Shown piece after piece: positions 1 to 10,689 of a stretch of 58,329 bases of DNA (position 1 is the first letter of the stretch; each line of letters opens with the position of its first letter). The position numbers were made by a program, and so were the translations under genes. Origin of the DNA: Chiloscyllium plagiosum (lineage: Eukaryota); the NCBI RefSeq assembly GCF_004010195.1, contig NC_057749.1, forward strand, positions 22,329,703 through 22,388,031, given 5' to 3'. Under the pieces are notes generated by a model, which saw nothing but the letters and a program-made list of their open reading frames with translations, was not told the origin of the DNA and made no database searches.

Positions 1-2260
1 CCCTTAATTTAGAGCTATGCCCCCTTGTAATACCCGGCTCCATACGCGGGAAAAGGTTCATACTGTCGTCCCTATCTAACCCCCTAATCATCTTGTACAC
101 CTCAATCAAGTCACCCGTAAACCTTCTTTTCTCTAGTGAAAACAGCCCCAAGTGCCTCAGTCTTTCCTCATACGATTTTTCTTCCATACCAGGCAACATC
201 CTGGTAAACCTCCTCTGCACCCGTTCCAGTGCCTCCACATCCTTCCTATAGTATGGCGACCAAAACTGCACACAATATTCCAGATGCGGTCGTACCAGAG
301 TCTTATACAACTGCATCATGACCTCAGGACTCCGGAACTCAATTCCTCTACCAATAAAAGCCAGTACGCCATATGCCTTCCTCACCGCACTATTTACCTG
401 GGTGGCAACTTTCAGAGATCTGTGTACATGGACACCAAGATCCCTCTGCTCATCCACACTACCAAGTATCCGACCATTAGCCCCGTACCCCATCTTTTTG
501 TTATTCTTCCCAAAGTGAATCACCTCACACTTAGCTACATTGTATTCCATTTGCCACCTTTCTGCCCAGCTCTGCAGCTTCTCTATATCCTGCTGTAACC
601 TGCTACATCCTTCCTCACTGTCAACAACTCCTCTGACTTTCGTATCATCCGCAAACTTGCTCACCCAACCTTCTATCCCCTCTTCCTGGTCATTTATAAA
701 AATGACAAACAGCAATGGTCCCAAAACAGATCCTTGCGGAACACCGCTAGTGACGGCACTCCATGAAGAAACTTTGCCATCAACTACTACCCTCTGTCTT
801 CTTCCAGCCAGCCAATTCCTAATCCAAACTTCCAACTCACCCTCCATGCCATACCTCCGTATTTTTTGCAGTAGCCTACCATGGGGAACCTTATCAAACG
901 CCTTACTAAAATCCATATATACCACATCTACCGCTTTTCCCTCATCAACCTCCTTCGTCACCTTTTCAAAGAATTCAATAAGGTTTGTGAGGCACGACTT
1001 GCCCTTCACAAAACCATGCTGACTATCCTTGATCACATTATTCCTATCCAGATGTGCATAAATCCTATCCCTTACAATTCTCTCTAAGACTTTGCCCACA
1101 ACAGAAGTGAGACTCACCGGCCTATAGTTACTAGGGCTATCCCTACTCCCCTTTTTGAACAAGGGGACCACATTTGCTATCCTCCAGTCTTCTGGGACTA
1201 CTCCTGTAGACAAAGAGGACATAAAAATCAAGGCCAATGGCTCTGCAGTCTCCTCCCTTGCTTCCCAGAGAATCCTAGGATAAATGCCATCAGGCCCAGG
1301 GGACTTATCTATTTTTACCTTTTCCAGGATTTCCAACACCTCTTCTCTATATACCTCAAAGCCATCCATTCTACTTATTTGTGCCTCAGTATTCTCATCG
1401 ACAACAATGCCCTGTTCCTGAGTGAATACTGAAGAAAAGTATTCATTCAGTGTCTCCCCAATCTCTTCCGCCTCCACACGCAACTTCCCCCTACTATCCT
1501 TGACTGGACCTATTCCTACCCTAGTCATTCTTTTATTCCTGACATACCTATAGAAAGCCTTAGGGTTTTCCCTAATCCTATCTACTAAGGACCTTTCGTG
1601 TCCCCTCCTTGCTGCTTTTAGCTCTCTCTTCAGGTCCTTCCTGGCTACCTTATAACTCTCAATCGCCGCAATTGAACCTTCACGCCTCATCTTTACATAG
1701 GCCGCCCTCTTCCCTTTAACAAGGGATTCCAATTCCTTATTAGACCACGGCTCCCTCGCACGACCCTTTCCTTCCTGCCTGACAGGTACATAATTATCAC
1801 GGACACTCAATAGTTGCTCCTTGAACAAGCCCCACATATCAATTTCGCCCTTGCCTTGAAGCTTACTTTTCCAGGCCACACATCCTAAGTCATGCCTCAC
1901 AGCATCATAATTTCCTTGCCCCCATCTATAACTCTTGCCCTGTAGTGCACACTTATCCCTCTCCATCACTAGAGTAAAAGTCATCGAATTGTGGTCACTG
2001 TCCCCAAAGTGCTCACCTACCTCTAATTCTAACACCTGGCCTGGTTCGTTACCCAGAACCAAATCCAGTATGGCCTCACCTCTTGTTGGCCTATCTACAT
2101 ATTGTGTCAGGAAACCCTCCTGCACACATTGGACAAACACTGACCCATCTAACGAACTTGAGCTATAGCTTTCCCAATCAATATCAGGAAAGTTAAAGTC
2201 CCCCATAACAACCACCCTATTACTTTCACTCTTCTCTTGAATCATCCTCGCAATCCTTTC
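1..2260 (-). mobile_element. CR1-clade LINE, 5'-truncated, ORF2 (APE endonuclease C-terminal half plus RT) running off the window edge
   Basis: One minus-strand frame holds VVVMGDFNFPDIDW, ILDLVL, GDSDHN, GVPQGSVLGPLLF, SKFADDTK and TRGH. Codon positions checked at 2206, 655 and 19 are all in the same frame. Confidence 0.95.
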
Positions 2261-2765
2261 TGAACCCCACACAGTATTCCCTCACAGTATTCCTGATCCT
2301 CTCAGTGTTCCCACACAGTATTCCTGAACCCCACACAGTACTCCTGAACCCTACACAGTATTCCCACACTATATTGCTGAACCTCATACAGTATTCCCAC
2401 AGTATTCCCTCACCCCACACAGTATTCCTGAACCCCACAGTATTCCCTCACCCCACACAGTATTCCTGAACCCCACACAGTATTCCTGAACCCCACACAG
2501 TATTCCCACAGTATTCCTGAACCAGTGTTCCTGAACCCCATACAGTATTCCTGAACCCCACACAGTATTCCCTCACAGTATTCCTGAACCCCACACAGTA
2601 TTCCTGAACCCCACTGTATTCCCTCACAGTATTCCTGAACCCCACACAGTATTCCTGAACCCCACACAGTATTCCTGAACTCCACAGAGTATTCCCACAG
2701 TATTCCTGAACCCCACACAGTATTCCTGAACCCCACACAGTATTCCTGAACCCCACACAGCATTC
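2261..2765. repeat. Minisatellite, main unit 20 bp (CACAGTATTCCTGAACCCCA) with 11-13 bp variant units
   Basis: Directly visible periodicity, e.g. three perfect 20-mers at 2701-2760. Confidence 0.97.
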
Positions 2766-3461
2766 CAAATGAGTTCTAATTAAGGCTGAAGGCAGCTAGG
2801 CAAGCCACTGACTCATAACAACAACTGGCGTTTGTTCACTCAACAGCTGTCTTCCAGCTTTGCTTTTTCTCCTCAAAGTCCAGGGTACCAAAGTGCAGTT
2901 CAGCAGACTGGGATTTTCTGTGTTTTTTTTTACACCCTCCAGCACACTATTTTCCACCCTTCATTTGCAAAGGGCGTGAATTCACTGCCACGCGAGCAGA
3001 GAAGAAGAAAGATCCTGACGGGAAGTTGAGAGAATGACGGACTGAAACACAGCAATGTCAGTCCCACGTTGGTTGTAGTGTTAAGGTACACTGGAGAAGG
3101 GCACTTTAAATTAGCACTTAAAGCTCATGTCCTCTTCTGGCGTTCCGATAGTGTCCCTGCCTCTGAACTGGTAGGTCTGGGTTCAAGTCCCATCTGCTTC
3201 AGAGGTGTGTACCAACATCTCTGAAAAGGTTGATTTGAAAGGCTACACTGAAAAATAAAAATTAAAGCACACACAAAGGTTTCTCCTGCGGTGCAGTGAT
3301 AGTGTCCCAATGCGTGGACTGGGAGGCCCAGGTTGAAGTCCCACGTGCTCTACAGCTCTGAACAGTTTGATTAGGAAATATTTTTAAAGAACATATAGGT
3401 TACAGTCAAAATGGCTTGGCTGGAAGAGCATTAGAATGAAACTCTAACTGGCCGTGGATCA

Positions 3462-3501
3462 AGATTCCTGAAGAAGGGCCTGTGCCCGAAACGTCGAATC
3501 T
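3462..3501 (+). ncRNA. Minimal type I hammerhead ribozyme motif (family A)
   Basis: AGATTC-CTGAAGA-A-GGGC-ctgt-GCCC-GAAA-C-GTC-GAATCT: complete core, 6-bp helix I, 4-bp helix II, loopless palindromic helix III (ACGT), GUC cleavage triplet at 3493-3495. Confidence 0.85.
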
Positions 3502-3593
3502 CCTGTTCCCTGGATGCTGCCTGACCTGCTGTGCTGTTCCAGCAATAAAGTTTCAACTTTGATCTCCAGCATCTGCAGACCTCACTTCCTCCT
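3463..3593 (+). mobile_element. 131-bp Penelope-pLTR-derived mini-element with a 10-bp target-site duplication
   Basis: Flanked by CGTGGATCAA (3453-3462) and CGTAGATCAA (3594-3603). The body is homologous to the 3' end of the GIY-YIG Penelope copy at 50422-51103. Confidence 0.85.
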
Positions 3594-4049
3594 CGTAGAT
3601 CAACCCCCTGTTTCCCCTCTGAGCCCGGAAGCCTGGTTTCAAGTCCCACCCGCTCCAGAGATGTTTGATAACATCTCCAAATAGCTTCATTCGGAAAATA
3701 TCTTTAAGCACACTATTAAGGGCTCCTGTGGCACAGCGGTAGTGTGACTACCTCTGGACCAGTAACCCTGGGTTCAAGTTCTACCTGTTCCAGAGGAGGT
3801 GTGTCATAACATCCCTGAACAGGATGATTAGAAAATATCTTAAAACACACCTAAACAGAAGCTGTTGGGACTCTGGATTGCAGCAGATAGGAAGCAGTCA
3901 CACATAAGGCTACTGTCTGCGAATTACCCCACGATTAATTAAAGTAGACATCCAGGTTCATACTTCACTGACTAGGGATAGAGATAACAAAGAAGGCATA
4001 ATGTTGATCATTATCACTTTCTATTTCTGCCTGAAATAAATTTATCAAA

Positions 4050-4597
4050 TAGAGTCACATTGATACACAGCACGAGAACAGACCCTTCAGTCCAACTTGC
4101 CCATGCTAACCTGGTGTCCTAACCTAATCCAGTCCCATTTGCTAGCACTTGGCCCATGTCCCTTTGAACCCTTCCTATTCATATACCCATCCAGATGCCT
4201 TTTAAATGTTGTAATTGGACCAGCCTCCACCACTACCTCTGGCATCACCACTGTGTGTGTGAAAATGTTGCCCCTTCGGTCCCTTTTATATATTTCCCTT
4301 CTCACCCTCAATCTATGCCCTCTAGTTTTGGACCCTCCCCACCCTAGGGAGAAGACCTTGGCTATTTAGTCTATCTATGCCCCTCATGATTTTATAAACC
4401 TCTCAGCCTCCAACACTCCAGGAAAAACAGCCCCAGCCTATTCAGCCTCTCCCTGTAGCTCAGATCCTCCAGCCCTGGAAACATCCTTGTAAATCTTTTC
4501 TGAACCCTTTCAAGTTTCACAACATCCTTCTTATTGCAGGGAGACCAAAAGTGAATGCAGTATTCCAAAAGTGGCCTAACCAATGCCCTGTAGCATT
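4050..4597 (-). mobile_element. CR1 LINE 3' fragment, degenerate
   Basis: ORFs 4392..4583 (VRPLLEYCIHFWSP...LERVQKRFTRM) and 4087..4311, plus the CR1 3' UTR. Confidence 0.88.
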
Positions 4598-4599
4598 AC

Positions 4600-5628
4600 A
4601 ACTGGACGAGGGAGTTCCAGTGGATGTAGTGTACCTGGACTTTCAGAAAGCTTTTGATAAAGTCCCACACAGGAAGTTAGTGAGTAAAATTAGGATGCAT
4701 GGTATTGGGGGCAAAGTACTAGATTGGATTGAAAATTGGTTGGCTAATAGGAAACAAAGGGTAGTGATAAACGGCTCCATTTCGGAATGGCAGGCAGTGA
4801 CCAGTGGGGTACTGCAGGGATCCGTGCTGGGACCGCAGCTTTTTACAATATATGTTAATGATATAGAAGATGGTATTAGCAATAACATTAGCAAATTTGC
4901 TGATGATACAAAACTGGGTGGCAGGGTAAAATGTGATGAGGATGTTAGGAGATTACAGGGTGACCTGGACAAGTTAGGTGAGTGGGCAGATGCATGGCAG
5001 ATGCAGTTTAATGTGGATAAATGTATGGTTATCCACTTTGGTGGTGAGACCACACCTGGAGTATTGTGTGCAGTTCTGGTCTCCAAATTTGAGGAAAGAC
5101 ATTCTGGCTATTGAGGGAGTGCAGCGTAGGTTTATGAGGTCAATTCCTGGAATGGCGGGACTACCTTACGCTGATAGATTGGAGCGACTGGGCTTGTATA
5201 CCCTTGAGTTTATAAGACTGAGAGGGGATCTGATTGAGACATATAAGATTATTAAAGGATTGGACATTCTGGAGGCAGGAAACATGTTTCCGCTGATGGG
5301 TGAGTGCCGAACCAGAGGGCATAGCTTAAAAATACGTGGTAGACCATTTAGGACAGAGATGAGGAGAGACTTTTTCACCCAGAGAGTGGTGGCTGTGTGG
5401 AATGCTCTGCCCCAGAGGGCAGTGGAGGCCCAGTCTCTGGATTCATTTAAGAAAGAGTTGGATAGAACTCTCAAAGATAGTGGGATCAAGGGTTATGGAG
5501 ATAAGGCAGGAACAGGATACTGATTAGGAAATGATCAGCCATGATTATATTGAATGGCGGTGCAGGCTCGAAGGGCTGAATGGCCTACTCCTGCACCTAT
5601 TAAATAACAAAAAAAAAAAAAAAAAAAA
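4600..5628 (+). mobile_element. CR1 LINE RT/3' fragment with ~210-bp internal deletion, followed by an A-run
   Basis: VDVVYLDFQKAFDKVPH, QGSVLGP, KFADDTKL, RPHLEYCVQFWSP. Same subfamily as 36437-37437. Confidence 0.93.
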
Positions 5629-6049
5629 TGACACCTTTAAAAAGAAACCTTTAAAAAATGTTGAGCAAACAAAGACAATTGCATTAAAATTGTTCTCTGA
5701 ACTGATATGCTGTAATGAAGTGCTTAAGACTAGAGAGAAAAATCAAAACTGGATCTAAGACTGAATCAGGGATCTAACAGCACCCTCTGCTGACAAGTGG
5801 AGTTTTTACAGCTTGCCACACATTGTCCAAAATCTGCACAGAGTGCCTTGAGGCAAACTACTTGCTCCTCAGGTGGGTCTTACTGTGTTTGAACTTAATC
5901 CATTTCTGAGACTGAAAACGTTCATTGAATCAGAGCAGAAATTCCCCTGCTCTGGGTGAAATTTTTATTTAAAACAGGTCAAAGCTGATTCACACTTCTT
6001 AGGAAAACATATGTTGTTATTTAAAAATAAAATTAAGTAGAAATTTTGG

Positions 6050-6380
6050 GGTGGCTCAGTGGCTAGCACTGCTGCCTAACAGCACCAGGGACCCGGGTTC
6101 GATTCCAGCCTCTGTGTGGAGTTTGCACGTTCCCCCCCCGTGTCTGCGTGGGTTTCCTCCGGGTGCTCCGGTTTCCTCCCACAATCCAAAGATGTGCAGG
6201 TCAGGTGAATTGGCCGAGCTAAATTGCCTGTCGTGTCCAGGGATGTGTAGGCTCGGTGCAATAGTCAGGGGTAAATGTCGAGTAATAGCGTAGGGGAATG
6301 GGTCTGGGTGGGTTGCTCTTCGGAGGGCCAGTGTGGACTTGCTGGGCCGAAGGGCCTGTTTCCTCACTGTAGGGATTCTA
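6050..6380 (+). mobile_element. HE1-like V-SINE (tRNA head, V core, CR1-type tail)
   Basis: A box TGGCTCAGTGG, B box GGTTCGATTCC, V core GTGTGGAGTTTGCAC...GGGTTTCCTCCGGGTGCTCCGGTTTCCTCCCAC, tail GGGCCGAAGGGCCTGTTTCC. Confidence 0.9.
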
Positions 6381-8119
6381 CGAAAGCAGAAATTGCTGGA
6401 GAAACTTAGGAAGTCTGGCAGTATCAGTGGAGAGAAAGCAGAATTAACATTTTGTGACCTTCACGAAATTTCTCCAGTCATTCCCGTTTTTGTTTCAGAT
6501 TTCCAGCATCTGCAGTTCTTTGGTTTGTTAAGTGCAAGTAATATTTTCTTCCCTTCCGGCTTTGGACTGGGAGGTTCTTAAAGCGTCTGTAGGATATATA
6601 AGGTGGAGGAAGCCAGCTAAGAATGACCTCTTTCCTTCTTTTTAAAGATGTTTAACAGTCACTTCGGTAAGTACATGAATAGGAAAGGTTTTGAGCGGGA
6701 AGGTGGGTCGAGTCTAGGTTGGGATTCTGTTCGGCATGGGCTGAGGGGTCTGTTTCTGTGCTGTATGACTGTGTATTCTCAATTTAAAAAAAAATTGCTC
6801 AGTAGATCAAGCAAGACAACCATAAGCCGGAGAAAAAAGATTGAAGCAATTTTCAGATTAACCTGCAATTGGGAATAAATGGTGAGTTACACTGCCTCTT
6901 CTCCGGGTTTCGAGCCAGCGGTCTCGGCTCACACTTGGGAGCTGCACTGAAGGGTTAGCAGAAGACCGCTCTGTGTCGTTCAGATTTTTACTTGCATTTA
7001 TATAGTGCCTTTTACAACCTCCAGCCATCCCGATGTGCTTCACAGCCTCTGAAGTGTGACACTGTGGAACGTGGCAGCTAATGGGTGCACAGAAAGCGTT
7101 CACAAATACCAATGTAGATGGAGAGATACTTTAGCTGCCCAGGAGGAGAGTTGACATCCAGAGAGCACGGATTTGAAGCAAACGGCAAAACCAGCACAGA
7201 CAGAAGAACCTACACACGCGGGGGGGTCAGGATCTGGAATGGAGAAAGGGAGGACTGCAGATCAGAGTTGAGAGTGAGGTGCTGGAAAAGCACAGCCGGT
7301 CAGGCAGTATCCAAGGAGCAGGACAGTCGACAATTCGGGCGAGAGCCCTTCATCAGGTTGCCCGAGACTGTGGTAGAGGCATCACATTTCCAAAGGGGAT
7401 GGGATCATTATCTGAAAATGTAAAATTAACTGCAGGGCTGGGGGGAGGTGGAGAACAGGACTAGTGTTCTCAGCGAAAGCCCATCTGATGTCTGGCCTCC
7501 TGAATCAATGAATCCAACAAAGTTGAAAAACATTACAGAAACTCTCCAAGAATGGCTAGGAGCTCATTTGATTGCACTTCAAGTTGGTGAGCTTAGTCAG
7601 CAGGACAGCTGCTGCAGAGTGATGCCAACAGCACAGGTTCAATTCCCACACCTTCTCAACACCACCCCTCCTCACCCAACTTCAACGATCGCTCAGCAGT
7701 GAAATGAGATCTTTCACATTAAGTCAACAGGCTGAATCTTAGAATCATATCGAAGAAACTGCACCTCTATCAGTGTCCATGGAGCATTAGCCTGAATAAT
7801 GTGCTTAACTCATGGCAAATGACATGAAACCCATAATGCTCTGACTCAGAAGCAAGAGTTACTTCAGCGTTAAGCTCAAACTATATTAAAGACATAATTC
7901 CTATTCTGTCACATGGAATGCGAAACAAAAACAGTCCCGTTGTTGATAGATACAATGCTGGTTGGTAGAAGTTACCTTCCCCTTCACCAGTACAATGGCG
8001 GGGGGGAATTCACTTGCTCAAATAGCAGATTCACACTGTGACCATGTCGTTCAATGGACCACGTTAAAAACAGAGACACACAAGTGCACACTTATTGGCT
8101 CAGTAGAAGTGTAACTCAC

Positions 8120-8249
8120 CAATATAAAACCAGGCATTTGAATTGAGTAAGCTCTCAGTCCATAACTGACATATTTCACTGTCAGTGAAGGCTTCAATTC
8201 CGTAGGCCAGCTGATATTCCAGTTTAGGAAACAAACAAATAGGGACGTG
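8120..8249 (-). CDS. ICE2: ICE2 exon, 130 bp, phase 0 to 1 (last in window)
   Basis: tttaacag|CAC ... ATTG|gtgagt. Encodes HVPICLFPKLEYQLAYGIEAFTDSEICQLWTESLLNSNAWFYIG versus recalled human FPVYVLPKVEYQACYGVEALTESELCRLWTESLLHSNSSFYVG. Confidence 0.95.
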
Positions 8250-9187
8250 CTGTTAAATACAAACAGAATTTGCATGTCAGCTTGTGATCTAAAAGACATA
8301 TCTCGTGTGTCTTCTTTGTACAATTCCTTAGGTTCAAGGACAATGGAATATGGTTAATGCCATAGTTCAACGTACCACCAATTTGTTTACAGCACAGGAA
8401 TCTCATGGTTCCAAAGAGAGGTAAACCTTTATTTAAATCCTCTTTTGCTTTTGAAAAATTGGAGAAAGTAGGTGTTTCTTTATTATCACAGGACACTGAG
8501 TCATAGGGCATGGAGGAGCTCTAACATGGTCCAGGTCTAATGCAGTTTTTCTTATGGAACCTCAACATCTGCATGACAAGGGACTTACACTGTACTTTAT
8601 TTTTAATGCAGGGACCAAACCCATTGAGTCACCAACAGGTAACACCTTCTAATGGGACATATGGATGGAATATTTGCATGCCCACAAAACATTCAGTGTA
8701 AAGCCTTGTTGTATACACAAACAGCTTTCTGCTCATACTCCAGCAGTCTTTCCAGTTAAAGTCCCCTCACCACAAGGGAAAGGGTGGGGGAGTATGTGTG
8801 GCATCAAACGCCACATGGACGGAGTAAGCTTGTCACTTCGGGAAATCACCCCAGACCTCTTACTGTCACTTTCCTTTCTTACCCACTGTGTAAATACCCA
8901 CAACAAACCCCATCAGACACTCCCCAAGGGGTTATGCATCCCTTCAACCTCCTCCCAGAGGAATGATCAAACCCCCAGCCCCTCCTCCAGGCCCTTGCAT
9001 CGTTGAAGTGAATCCTCCCACCTTAACCCAACAAGCAGTCTCTCCAAGGGGACTCATCCTTCCTCAGCACAGCCCTCAAACACCCAGGCCTGCAGGGTGA
9101 TCACCCTCTACCACTCTCATAATAACAAGTCCCTTCCGGGGAACATTTAAAATCCCACCTCACGTCTGCTTTGCAAACATGTCTTAC

Positions 9188-9490
9188 ACTACATTACATT
9201 ACATTACAGTGTGGAAACAGGCCCTTCGGCCCAACAAGTCCACACCGACCCGCCGAAGCGCAACCCACCCAGACCCATTCCCCCCTTCACCTAACACTAC
9301 GTGCAATTTAGCGTGGCCAATTCACCTGACCTGCACATTTTTGGATTGTGGGAGGAAACCGGAGCACCCGGAGGAAACCCACGCAGACACGGGGAGAATG
9401 GGCAAACTCCACACAGTCAGTCGCCTGAGGCGGGAATTGAACCCGGGTCTCTGGCGCTGTGAGGCAGCAGTGCTAACCACTGTGCCACCA
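9188..9490 (-). mobile_element. HE1-like V-SINE with (TGTAA)n tail
   Basis: Reverse complement of the same A/B boxes, V core and tail. Confidence 0.9.
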
Positions 9491-10114
9491 TCTTATGTGA
9501 TTGTACTGGATGTGGTTGTTAATCAAGACCATTCTTGTCCCGCAGACACGCTGTTATAGAACAGAGAAAGGAACCTAAATGACGATGGGCAAAGTACACA
9601 TCAATTCAGATTGACAGAAAGTAGCAAAACATTTGATGGTCTGCTCCAAACCGTCACAAAGACGGAAGCAATTGTGGCCCTGGTCATACATTGAGTTGCT
9701 TAAAGGGACAACACTCAGCAACACCAACTCATTGTATGTATCTGTCAAATTAATAAAATCTCATATTAAATTTGGAAATAGCTGATACTGATCGGGTGAA
9801 GAAAAAAAGGTGAGAGCATTAATTCTTATCCGTTTAGCGTGAATGTAAGGAAATAGATTTCATCAGTTTACAGGGAGGTGAAGGAGTTCAGAAATCAGAG
9901 AAGCTGTTGGTGATGGAGCATTGCACTGGCAGCCTGACACCTCCTGAGACAATGGTTTACACCGAGTTGCTTAGCTCTGTGCTAAGCAGCGTCTGCTGTG
10001 ATTCAGGAGCCCCCACTCTGGTATGGCAACTTCGGTCCGATTTGCTGCAGAGGAAGATACTGGCCAAGAGGTGCAGGATTCACTGGTCAGTTTTCTCTCA
10101 GCCCTCTTGACCAG

Positions 10115-10688
10115 TCAGAGAGTCATGCAGCATGGAAACAGACCCTTCGGTCCAACCAGTCCGTGCTGACCATAACCCCCATCTAAACTAGTTCCACCCA
10201 CCTGTGCTTGGCCCACATCCCTCCAAACATTTCCGAACCATGAACTTCTCCAAATGTCTTTTAAACATTGTGACTGTACCCACATCCACCACTTCCTCTG
10301 CAAATTCATTCCACACACAAATCACTCTCTGTGTAAAAAAGTTGTCTCTCATGTCTTTTTCAAAATCTTTCTCCTCTCACCTTAAAAGTATGCCCTCAGT
10401 CTTGAGATTCCCCATTCTAGGGAAAAGACCCTTGACATTCACCTTACCTATACCACTCACGATCTTATAAGGTCACCTTTCAACTTCCTACACCCCAGAG
10501 AAATAAGTCCCAGCATAACCAGCCTCTCCTAACTCAAACCTTCCATTCCCAGCAGCAAGCTGGTAAATCACTTTTGAACCCTCTCCAGTTTAATAATATC
10601 TTTCCTGTAACAGGGCGACCTGAACTGGACACAGTGCCCCAGAAGAGGTTCCACCAATGTCCTGTATAACCTCAACATGATGCCCCAA
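10115..10688 (-). mobile_element. CR1 LINE 3' fragment
   Basis: IMLRLYRTLVEPLLGHCVQFRSPCYRKDIIKLERVQK followed by the CR1 3' UTR. Confidence 0.85.
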
Positions 10689-10689
10689 T

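Larger units (their letters stand above)
3130..3850 (+). mobile_element. Cluster of four head-to-tail copies of a short (~120 bp) tRNA-derived SINE-like repeat
   Basis: Copies near 3130-3240, 3278-3388, 3604-3712 and 3719-3850 share a B-box-like GGTTCAAGTCC and the tail AACATCTCTGAACAGGTTGATTAGAAAATAT. Dispersed minus-strand copies lie near 34275-34390 and 44025-44125. Confidence 0.75.

Noticed and set aside
152..2168. Plus-strand ORFs as genes
   Set aside because: They are antisense shadows of CR1 ORF2.
2261..2765. CRISPR-like array, or a repetitive protein (ORFs 2410..2763, 2448..2768)
   Set aside because: The units are contiguous with no unique spacers, the context is eukaryotic, and the ORFs are simply translations of the minisatellite.
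5640..5745. Further ICE2 exon (acceptor-like tttctctctag, peptide containing LQHI)
   Set aside because: It does not match the expected next exon (GHIDAFTSKL-like), and the similarity is limited to four residues.
6050..6125. tRNA gene (and similar heads in about 20 other places)
   Set aside because: The A/B boxes run directly into the V core and LINE-type tail, so these are SINE heads rather than tRNA genes.
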